Shown here: one piece after another, positions 53,128-64,000 of the stretch
Position numbering within the stretch: the stretch's first letter is position 1
Layout: every line of letters starts with the position of its first letter
Origin: Vairimorpha necatrix
Lineage: Eukaryota
Length of the DNA stretch: 64,000 nt
Direction of reading: 5' to 3'
NCBI GenBank assembly: GCA_036630325.1
Contig: CP142735.1
Span: forward strand, 992,001-1,056,000
Notes under the pieces: generated by a model
What the model was told of the DNA's origin: nothing
What the model saw: the letters and a program-made list of their open reading frames with translations, nothing else
Database searches by the model: none
Made by a program: the position numbers and the translations under genes

Positions 53128-53830
53128 TTATTCTTTCCTGTATAATAAACTTAAAATTTCTTCTTTTACATTATTTTCAATATTCGAATTATCAATTAAA
53201 AATTTTTCAATATCAACCAAAATAGAAAAATAAAAATCCCTGTTTTTTTCTAAATCACTCATTAATTTTTGTATTTCTTCATTTTTAATTTGACTCTTTT
53301 GACTTTTTAAAGTTGCCAACTCCAACTCTTGATTTCTAATAACATTTATAAGTCTCATATTTTCTTCTAAAACTAAATTATATTTATCTTCTAATTTCAC
53401 ATTATGATCTTCATTATGTTTTTTTATATTTTCTAAAATTTCTTGTCTATTTTTTTCCCGAACACTTTCTTCATTATTTAATATTGTAGACTCTTCGTTA
53501 TTTTTCTTGATTTGTTTATAATTCTTTATAAAATATTTATATAACCATTGTGCAAATTCAATATTGTCTTGTAATTTACATTGGACTAGTTTTTTCAATG
53601 AGAAATCTGACGTCTATCTTGTTTTCTGCAAAAAAGCTTTGTGCAACTTTGAGATTTTTGAGATATTCGTAGTTTGATGAGGGATTTTTAACATAATTTA
53701 AAGGCACATTAAGATGAATAAGATTTAATAATTTGCATATTGCTGTGCCTTGACCTATTTCTTCTATTTTATTTATATTTATTCCTAAATCTCTAAGCCA
53801 TTCAACAAGTTCACGCCTACTTGTTTTCAT
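53128..53830 (-). CDS. BIM1: EB1/BIM1-family microtubule plus-end binding protein, one frameshift at 53590-53595
   Basis: CH domain SRRELVEWL..KIEEIGQG..EYLKNLKVAQ..IEK/LVQCKLQDNIEFAQWL, coiled coil, EBH motif LEKNRDFYFSILVDIE; GCCCCAATG start; removing one A from the A6 run joins the two ORFs. Confidence 0.92.
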
Positions 53831-56800
53831 TGGGGCAAAATAATAAAAGAAAACATTGTCTATGTGACAGTATTAGATTTGCGCTTTTTTTGTAGAAGAA
53901 ATCCTCTTTTTTTAAATTAAAAGACCATTGATAATTTTATTACCAAAAATTTTTATGACTAAGTTTGTGTAGGATAACAAGCTGATATAAGAATAGCAAT
54001 AAATAATATTCATAAACACATGAATAATTTAATGATTAGTGAAATGTCTTAATAGGTTGTTTCATTAAAAGTTTTAGGCTTTGAATACATACTATGTCAA
54101 GCTCATTCGTGTCAACATTAGAAAATCTCCAATATTATTTTTTTATATTTTTAATTTAAACTCTAATACATAATAGATAAAAGGCATAATTATTACAAAG
54201 CTGTTTGATTTAAGAAGTAAACACTATTTTACTTGTAATATTAAGTAGAGAAACAATAAGCGTGTTTCATTTGAATATAAATATACATTTTCAGAGCACG
54301 AGAATAAAAGTGTAAAGATGTAAATGTAATTCTTATACATTCATATGATAAAATAGTACAGGACAAATTTTAGGTTAAAATTTATGCCTATATCATATAT
54401 TGCAAGACTTATATTTTATGGACAGTTATAATTCAATAGAATATTGACAAAGATGCGCCGCTCTTAAAAATTAAATAACACTATTATTCGTTTATTAGTT
54501 TATGGTCGAATTGGAAATAATAAAATTGTGTTGTTGCCATTTAAATTGACATATTATTTCTAAAATTTAGTGTAAAAATGAAATGGAATTGTTTTAAGTA
54601 TGTCGATAATGTTATTACTTTTTTTAATTAAACATTTCCTTATTAAAATATCGCAAAATAGTATTATTTCACACGAATTTTTTCAAGATGAACAAATTAA
54701 ATATAAACTTTGAAATTTTTAATTGTATTATAAAGAAACAACAAAGACGTATTGTTTATACAACAAATAATTCATTTTTTAGTCTATTATTCCGAAAAAG
54801 CTGTAAGTTTTTCTAGAATTGGTTAAACTATGTAACCGTTTAGCACGATTACATGTAAAGCTTAAATATTTGTATATTATATTTAATGTATCAAAACTAA
54901 ATAAGAACGAAAATTTTTTTTATACATAATGTTTCTTTTACGCCTGAAAGTACACAGAGACAAATCAATCTGCGATTTCTATAAATTTCTGCTTCGAAAC
55001 CATCTTTGTACAGTTAATAGCATTAATAAAAAGTTTTTTTTGCCAACTTTATTTTCTCAATTGTATAAATTCTCATGTGCTTAAGATAAGCATGTCTTAT
55101 TTGCAGATTGTGGTATTTTGTCAGTTTGGATAACGAATCTTACGAAAGAATAATCTATATCTCGGTTTTGTATTAGTCATTCATCATCGCTAAAATATCT
55201 TTTCCTATTAATTAAATTTTTTGTGGATTGTCTTGGTAAAATAATTTAACCTTAATTATTGCTATCATTACATTTTTCAAATAAACAAATCTCCAGGCCT
55301 ATTCAATGTATATATACAACTTATTAATTCTGTTTGTCTTATGTATTATTTTATTGTCAAAAAATTAAATTTCACATTTTGAATACATTTTTTTTAGAAT
55401 ACGCGACTAAAGATTAAGGCTGTAGTTGAATGTTGAAATCTAAAAGATTCTTTGTTCTTCTAACTTATGATATTTTGTTACATAATGTGACAATCCAATG
55501 CAATATTTTTGATTTAAGTATAACTTTAATATTTTATACTCATTTTAAACATATAAATAATGTTTTGAAAGCAAAACAAATTTGCCAATGTGCTTTTGTA
55601 TTGGAATCAATTCGTCATTTAAAACTTTTTATTTTTAATTACATAAAAATGTATATTTTGACAAATCAAATGGTCTTTAAAAATTTTATGTGTGGTATAT
55701 AAAGCCAACAACCCGTATGCGAAATGCCTGATATATTTAATAACGCTAAGAAATTGACAAACTTAGTATAGTTATCACAGTATGTCAATAACAAATCTAT
55801 TTATCTATTCCATAAAGGTTCGAGATCTAGTAAATGCTCTAAACTAATGTTAAACCCGATATTGACTTAGGAAATTTTAAAAAAGTGTGAATTTGATTAT
55901 ATCATAAATAAATTAATGATTGAATTTTAATATATAAAGATATATTGTAGCATTTCATAATATTCAGTTCTACACTTCTAATAGTCGTATCATAAAATAT
56001 TGAGCTATTTTATCATCATTTTTAAAACCAGTGAATAGAAAAACATTAAAGTGTTCGAAAACAATATTATAAATCTCAACAACATCTAGAACGCCCGCAA
56101 TATACTATTTTACAATTCAAATATTACTAAATTGTGGGTACATAAGGAACGTATATTTAGTATATTCATTAAATCATAACACCTTAATTATGGTAATTAA
56201 GAAATACATAAACAAAATAGAACTTTCGCTCTAGTTCTAAACCAGATTCTACATATATAAATAGTTTACAAGAAGAAACGCTTTTTTAGAAAATTTTCAT
56301 ACATTCATTATGGTGCAATTTAAATAAATTATTACATCCACATTAACGAATATATAGCACCATTAAAATTAAACATGCCGATTACTTGTTAAATCGGAAA
56401 ATTTCATATGCAACTTGTCATAGTTAAACGTAGCCATTAATCTAGACAATGGAATCATCATGTCACGAAAATTAATGAAGAAACAATCATTGCAATAACT
56501 AAGATTTTTTTATTTGGAATTAAGCGATTTTGACGAATTTTCAAATGTAACTAACGAAAAAAGATCTATAAAATTATTTTTTAAATTTATATTAGCGTGA
56601 TAATTTTGGTTAATAGACCCTTGTTAAAATAAATGTTTTTAGTTGTTTTTTATAGATTTAGTGACGTTTATGAAAAGCCAAATGTTACTTCCATAATTTC
56701 GTATTTCTTCCAAAATGCTGCTGATTGCTAATACTTAAGAATTCATTCCTTAAAAAGGACTGCTCATAACTTTTTTACGTTTTAAGTGATGTCAAATTAC

Positions 56801-57095
56801 TCAATGTCCAAATTTCGACGTTTGGTATGTTAATGATAAAAAATGAGAACTGTCTTGTGAAATAAAAGTTTGCAAAGATTCTGAAAAAAATTCAATTTGA
56901 TGGATAATTAAAATTGATTATTTGACGCATAACAATAATAATAATTAGATGCTTCCAATAACATGATGTTTACAAGATAAAAAATATAATATGTTTAATC
57001 AATGGCCTCCGAGAACTTTTGAAGAACATGAAAAACAAAACATTATATTGATTAAATCAATTTTGCATATATGACATTTTTTATTTTTGCCCCAA

Positions 57096-57737
57096 ATGAA
57101 GATAATAATAAACTTTGCTATGATCGTTAGATTATGTTCAGTCAAAACAAAGCCAAACGAATTGATATCCATAATAAAAAACAAAGTAGACAATAAAGAT
57201 TACATTGTTTATGATACTAGTAAACCACACGAAATAATTTATATGGAATATGAAAATAATTTTATTGTATTAAATGTTTACGATAAAGATTCAAAAACGT
57301 GGGTAAGATACAATGAATTTCCGTGTCAATATCATCCATTGTATAAGGTGTCATATATAGAATTCTATTTAGCACTTGTTAATTCGATTATTGAGTCTGT
57401 TTTTTCATTTAAATGTTCATCAGAAATCGCTACAGTTTTAGTTTACAAAGAACAAGATATGATGCTGAATAAAGATTTTGTAAGTATTATTGAAAGGATT
57501 AAATCGGAAAATTTATCTAGACAGATGAGGAATACAGAAAATAACATATTTGTATATGATCTTATTATTGAGAAATATTGTCTTTTACATAGACTTATTG
57601 CTAAAATTAATTACATTGAGGGATATGATATAAATAAGAACAATGATGATTTTGTATACTATAGAAAAAATAATAGTATATGTGGACGGCGGATAGTCCG
57701 GACCAATCAGATTGTCTTCTTGACATCTGAAACATGA
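57096..57737 (+). pseudogene. Family A member 3, truncated at 57680 by the Gypsy LTR (frame runs on into the LTR)
   Basis: GCCCCAAATG start at 57096; signal-like MKIIINFAMIVRLCS; motifs VLVY, IIERIK and YDLIIE; residues from CGRR onward are LTR-encoded. Confidence 0.8.
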
Positions 57738-57848
57738 TAATTCTGAAACAACGTTTCAGAATTAAATATAAATACATCCTCGAATTTATGAGGATGGGCA
57801 ATAATAAAAAGAATACTCTAAAACCTCATATTTCGGCTAACGTCAACA
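57681..57848 (+). repeat. 5' LTR (168 bp)
   Basis: TGTGGACG...CGTCAACA; 12-bp stem hairpin at 57738-57764, TATAAATA at 57767-57774, 7-bp stem hairpin at 57775-57796, AATAAA at approx. 57803. Confidence 0.95.
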
Positions 57849-60800
57849 CTGGCGACAACGCAAACCAATCTGTTGAGAAGGACAGATTAAGTACTTTACT
57901 AGAAGCAGTGGGCTTCAGGAAGGATGGCATAAGACCATTCAGTGGTAAAGGAGGCATGGAAGTTGAGCTATGGCTGGAACAATTCTCGTATTTAGAAGGG
58001 GAATGGAAAGGCGAAAAACTTCTATCCTATATGAAACCCTATGTCGTGGGAAGAGCGAAAAAATGGATGATAGCGATGGAAGACATCGAATATACTGACT
58101 TCATCAGTTTTAAACAAGCTCTTATAACTAAATTTGGTGTAAATAAACAAACGACAAGAAATGAAATCAAAGAGTTATACAGAATATTAATATCTGGTCC
58201 TAACGAAAGTGGCCTGGAAGATTTCATAATGGAGGTTATAACCCAGAATAGGAAAGCCAAATTAGAGTTTAATACAGTCAAAATGGAACTGATCGAGTTT
58301 TTCCCAACTGTTCTTCACGACAAAGTAAAAGAGTCGATGGACTGGAAGAGCATCATCAAAATCTTAAATGATAACGAAGATTTTATTAAAAGATTAGGTA
58401 AATATAATAAAATTACACCAGAAATAAAGTCTAAAAACTCATCTTTAATAACAAAACAGAGAAAAGATACTAAAGCAGAAATTTCATGTTTTAACTGCGG
58501 AGGGCAACATTATGCGAGTAGATGTCCGAGCAAAAACCAAAATCTGAAGAAAGAAAAAGCGGCTTATTCAAGTTCTAGAAGGGCTCAAATTATTTCTAAA
58601 GACACTAAAAAACTCAACGAAGTCAATGAAAATAAAACTGATTTAGTTTATTTAAAAGTCAAAATTTATAATAAAACTGTTAATGCCTTACTAGATACAG
58701 GAGCATCGCATTCGTTTATAGATAAAAGTCTCATACAAGAATGTAAGTTAGAAAACATGAGAAGAGAACGCATAACAACTGCCACTGGTATAGTTTCTAG
58801 TTATGGTAGCATTAATGGAGTCCTAGAGATTGAAGGAAAGAGGTACAAAATCCCCCTCCAGGTGATGTGTCCATTAAGCGAAGATGTAATATTAGGAAGA
58901 GATTTCTTGGAAATAAACAAAGGAGCGATTGATTTCCATAACAAAAGAATTACTCTTGGGAAAAATATATTAAAAACCGGAAATATAAAAAAAAATATGG
59001 ATTGTCTGGAGTTAAGACATATATCTAAAGAGACATCACGACAGCCAAGTGTTCACAGCACATGTAACACAACGTTGGAATTAGTCAAAGACTACTTTGA
59101 AAGGCTGAAAGGACGTGAAGAAGGTCTCAGCAATACGTTGGGAATAGCCCATAAAATTGATTTACGCCCCAACGTGACAATAGCTAATATGAGAAGTTAT
59201 ACTATGGACGGTAAAAAGAAGGAGTTCATAATTAACGAATGCCTAGAGTTGGCTAAAAATGGAATCATAACAGAAAGCGTGAGTAGGTGGAATGCACCTA
59301 TAGTAGTGGTTAAAAAACGCACGGGAGGACACAGGATGTGTATAGATTATCGAGAATTAAATAATCGAACGGTAAAAGAAGTTTGCCAGCCTCCAACTAT
59401 TGAGGAGTGCCTTAATTCATTGAGTGGAGCCAGATATTTCACACAATTAGATCTAGAAAAGGGGTATCATCAAGTGCCCATGGATCCAGAGTCACAAGAG
59501 TTGACAGCCTTTATGTCACCAGTAGGTAAGTTTCAATATAGAATGATGCCTTTCGGCTTAACTAATGCCCCGGCAACATTCCAGAGACTAATGTATGGAG
59601 TTTTCAGAAATTTAATAAATTCCAAAGTCGTAGTTTATATGGACGACATTACCATATATAGTAAAACGCATGAAGAACACCACAGAGATGTAAGAGAGGT
59701 CCTTCAAGTCTTGTTAGCAAACGGACTTAAAATAAGTACTGAGAAAAGCGTTTTCTGCACGAAGAGGGTGGATTTATTAGGTCATTCAGTAATGGATGGA
59801 AAGGTATTCCCAGATGAAAAGAGACTAGGTCCTTTTAAAGATAAGCTAAAGATAGAAACTATTAAACAGTTACACTCATTTGTTGGCGGAATAGGCTACT
59901 TCAGAAACTATTTTAAGAATTTTTCTAGTAAAACATTTATATTAAACGAAATAATCAATAGGAAAAGAGAATTTTCAAAAATTGAAGTTGAGAAAACTGT
60001 AAATGACTTACGACTAGAATTAATAAATTCGGCGTTTTTAGAACTCTCAAATATGGAAGAGATGTTCATAATAGAAGCAGATGCATCAGATTATTGTATA
60101 GGCGGTGTTCTCAAACAGAAAAAGAATCAGAAGGATGTGGTCATCAGATTCTGTAGCAGAAATCTAATGCCTGCTGAGAGGAACTATCCTACACTTGAAA
60201 AGGAAACTCTTGCAATAATTTATGCGGTGAAGACTTTTAAAAACTATTTACATAAAAAATTTGTCATAAGAACAGATCACAAATCTCTTGTATGGCTTTA
60301 TAAAGTCAAGAATCCACAAGGAAGGATTGCTAGATGGTTGATGTTCCTGGCAGACATGGAATTTGTGATTGAATATAAGAAAGGGAAAGATAATGTAGTA
60401 GCAGACTGCCTTTCAAGAGTCCAATTAAAATCAATAACCAAGGAAGATGGCGATGGGGCGTCTACGAAATTAATCTTAGAAGCTCATTCCTTAACTGGAC
60501 ATAGTTGTGCCAATAACACGTACAATTTTTTGAAGATACATCATGCGGGATCAGGAATATCTCGAGATAGAGTGAAAGATATATTGAGAACATGTGGAAC
60601 ATGTTTAAAATTTAAAAGGAATAGACCGTTCAAACAATATCCAACAAATGTAGAAGGAACATTCATGGAAATTGGGATCGACTGCATCGGTCCACTGCCA
60701 AAGTCGAAATCAGGACACAAATTCATTGTTCTCGCAACCGACTACTTTACTAAATGGGTTGAGGGTAAAGTTCTAAAAAAGAAATCGGCAGAAGAGATAG

Positions 60801-61584
60801 CAAGATTTCTAGTGGAAGACGTATTCTCAAGACATGGGACGGTCAAAACGATCAGGAGTGATCAGGGATTAGAGTTCACAAATAAACTAGTGAACTCAGT
60901 GCATCGTTATGGGGAAGTAGATTTAAACATTCATCTCCATACCACCCACAAGCTAATGGTCTTGCAGAGAGAACAAACAAGACCATGATAGAAAAAATAT
61001 CAAAAGCCATGGTAGATCATGAACAGAACTGGGATAGAGTATTCCCGTATGTGTTAATGCAATATAGGATTGGTATAGTGGAACGCTTTAATGCGTCACC
61101 CTTTATGTTACTATACGGCAGAGAGCCTTTAGTTCCAAGCAATTTAATTGAGATACCATCAGACTTTGATTTATATTTTGTTGATCCAATTGAATATGTA
61201 AGACAGAAAAGAGAGAAAATAAATATTATTAAAGAAAGAATAATGGAAGTAGAAGATAAGAAAAAGGCTAAGTCTAACGAACGAAACTTATATAAAGCAG
61301 ACCCCAATGACTTAGACATAGGAGATACAGTTCTTTTAAAGAAACACGCACTATTGAAGAGAAAATTCGAATCACCATACGAAGATGAAGAGTTCGAAAT
61401 TATCACTAAGAAAGGCAAAGGTGCTTATCAAATAAGAAGTTGTAATGGAGGGAAAACATTTGATATTAATCGAAAAGATTTAGTTGCTGTAACCGAAACT
61501 GAAAAGACGATATCTTATTTGATGAAGGGGAGAGTGTGGACGGCGGATAGTCCGGACCAATCAGATTGTCTTCTTGACATCTGA
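57788..61584 (+). CDS. Gag-Pol polyprotein, one frameshift at approx. 60900; start codon uncertain (57734/57788/57794)
   Basis: CFNCGGQHYASRC knuckle, LLDTGASHSF protease, MPFGL/YMDD RT, ADASD..TDHKSL RNase H, H..H..CGTC, GIDCIG and RSDQG integrase; the shifted frame continues SPYHPQANGLAERTN into ORF 60985..61584. Confidence 0.93.
57850..57860 (+). promoter_or_regulatory. Primer-binding site, probably tRNA-Ser
   Basis: TGGCGACAACG one base after the LTR, complementary to a ...GUUGUCGCCA 3' end as in fungal tRNA-Ser (identity from recall, unverified). Confidence 0.7.
61524..61534 (+). promoter_or_regulatory. Polypurine tract
   Basis: GAAGGGGAGAG immediately before the 3' LTR. Confidence 0.85.
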
Positions 61585-61702
61585 AACATGATAATTCTGA
61601 AACAACGTTTCAGAATTAAATATAAATACATCCTCGAATTTATGAGGATGGGCAATAATAAAAAGAATACTCTAAAACCTCATATTTCGGCTAACGTCAA
61701 CA
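61535..61702 (+). repeat. 3' LTR (168 bp)
   Basis: No difference from 57681..57848 found by eye. Confidence 0.95.
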
Positions 61703-64000
61703 ATTTAGAAAAAACATGTTGGCCATGTAAAAGAAGGTGTGTAGTAATTTGGTAGTCCGTAATGAATTTTGCTTTTTTTTAATGATAAAGATAATTAAAA
61801 CAACGGATTATATTACAATAAATACTAAATGAAGGATAAATCATCAGATCAAGCCTTGTAGAATTCTAATATTTTTTTATCGATGCTAGGTTCCTATTAA
61901 TCTTGTCAATTATATTTAATGAAACTAATTTTTTTGTAATATTTAATTTATATATTTTGGGATCTAAAATTATCTTCATTTAAGGAAAAAATTTTAAATA
62001 TATTATAATTAAACAAAAATGATATATAAAAAAGTAAATAAGAAAGTTGTTAGAGTATAATAAAAAAGATACATATATATTAAAATTAAAATATAATATT
62101 ATATTAATATTGTTGTGTTATATAAAATAAAAAATAGGTTTAACTATCAAATGCTCAAGAAAGTAGAAGCGTAATCAAGATGATTAACAGAGAAGACAAA
62201 CGAAATTATTCCAATAGACTACCGAAGAAGAATGAAGGTTCCGATTTGAAAAAAATTAAGAGCTGAGAAGCTGCACACAAACAGGAGACTCTAACGCGGA
62301 ACCTATACAAAAAATACTAGAAATATTAAACATTGTTAGCATATCCTGACATAATTCATTTTTTATAATAAAAAAAAAGTAATTTTTTTGGATTTATTTG
62401 TAAAGAATGTATATATAATTATAACAATGAAATTTATTATGTTATTTTCTGAAACAAACTATATTGTTTCCAAATTTAGATATGAATTAAATAAATAAAA
62501 AAGAAATAAATATATGACAATTTAATATTTTTTTTTCTTTATGGAGTATCTACACATCTTATGATCCGGCATGTAGCCTGAACCGAAGTAGGAGAGGGTG
62601 AGTCTAAACTAACATATTGTTTTATATGTTTTTCTACTCATCGGAATTGTGGGTCAGCGGTAAATTTCGTTTAAATAGTCAATTAGATTTACTGTCAAAC
62701 TCTATGAGATGTAAACAAACAAAAAAGAAACTAAACTTTACTAAATACGTAGTACTTCGTGTGACATGCCTTTTTCTTACTTTTAGTTTGTGAATGTCAA
62801 ACATGTCTAATGTTTGTTTACAATACTTGGTGATGTTTGACAGTACCAATAATCATTGTTTAATTATAAGCAAGTATCGTCAGTGCAGGTCTGCAGCCTC
62901 ACACATCTGAATAAATAATAATGTTGTTATTTCAAAAAATTATTTCTTGCACAATTTAGTACATTTTTTTAGAGGTACCAACGTATGTATCTGTATAAAT
63001 AATATTTTAAGAAATTTAGATTTATTTGTCTTTTCGTGTGAGTACGTAAGTATATAATTTGCTGTATATAAAATAATTATGAAACGCATTATGTGCAGAA
63101 TCGACATAAAAATAAAAAATTGAAGTAAAGTTAAACATATTAATTCGGCTTTGGACAAATACGTTAATTAAACATTATATTTATTCCTTTTTGAAAGATA
63201 AAAACATATTTTATAAACAAGTAAATTAGATTCTTTCAAAAAAAAAATAAAAAACAATCATTGAGTGATTTAATTACAAGAAATGTCTGATACTATATAT
63301 CAACTATTTAAGACACATAATTTAGCATAACAATATATTTGTTGAAAAAATTAGGATATATTATATACAAGAAATAAGATTATAAATCTATCTAAAATAA
63401 TTTAGGCAGAGGCATTAGAGTATTTTAATAAATGTTAAAAAACCAAAACTTGTATACTAAATACAAAGGTTTCATGGAAGTGTGTATTAACGATTACATC
63501 ATAAGGACAGTTGTCAAAGTTTACATCAAATATTCACCAACCACGTTCCAACACATTAATAATACAACAAAAAATAAAAAATTAACAATATGTTTATCCA
63601 TGCAAAAAAATTAACCTTTAACTTACGTGGCTAAAAAATTATTACAATAAAAGAAAAAATTTAAAGAAAGAGTTTGTATATGAAGGGCAAGGAATATCTA
63701 TGAAGCAAGTACACAATCATAAAGTTACTAATGGCAAAAATTTTTTAGCCTTCTATTTAGAAGTAGCAAAGTTTTATTTATGAAGAACAGGGAAATAAAT
63801 AAAAAATAAGAAGGAGCATATTGGTTATAAGAAAAAATATTTTTAAAACGAACTCTACAATCTATCTAAATTTACAACGTAGGTAATAACAAGATAATTT
63901 AAATTTGATTTTTTCTTTTTTCATTTGGTATAAGTACGAAAGAAAAAAAATGGAATTAATTTTACGATCAAAAATATGACTGTTTTTAAAGTTGATACAA

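Larger units (their letters stand above)
57681..61702 (+). mobile_element. Full-length Ty3/Gypsy LTR retrotransposon, 4022 bp
   Basis: Identical TG..CA LTRs, PBS, PPT, and a gag-PR-RT-RH-IN ORF in Gypsy order. Confidence 0.97.

Noticed and set aside
60890-60910. Programmed frameshift in the Gypsy element
   Set aside because: It lies inside the integrase core rather than at the gag-pol boundary and has no slippery site; a mutation or consensus error is more likely.
62565-62670. GC-richer patch that might be an ncRNA
   Set aside because: No recognisable tRNA, snRNA or snoRNA motifs, or stable fold, by eye.

Overview
Very AT-rich, gene-sparse eukaryotic DNA, most consistent with a microsporidian (Nosema/Vairimorpha-like; inferred, not proven). 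The genes are intronless with a CCC-like motif just upstream of the ATG, there is a dispersed 5S rRNA gene, and the only conserved protein gene is an EB1/BIM1 homologue. The other host genes are lineage-specific signal-peptide proteins, including three members plus one likely pseudogene of one family. The window holds many mobile elements: two unrelated Merlin/IS1595-type DNA transposons, a Ginger2/Tdd-like integrase transposon with a 5-bp TSD, two copies of an RLE-type (R4/Dong-like) non-LTR retrotransposon, a full-length Ty3/Gypsy element with identical 168-bp LTRs that truncates a host gene, an old Gypsy remnant, and a head-to-tail pair of non-autonomous Helitrons. The most unusual signal is that both ends of the Ginger-like element carry an outward-facing tRNA 3'-half (B-box/T-arm) followed by an oligo-T tract. 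Several otherwise intact ORFs have single-base frameshifts, mostly in homopolymers, so consensus errors are possible. All calls come from reading the sequence by eye; no searches were run.
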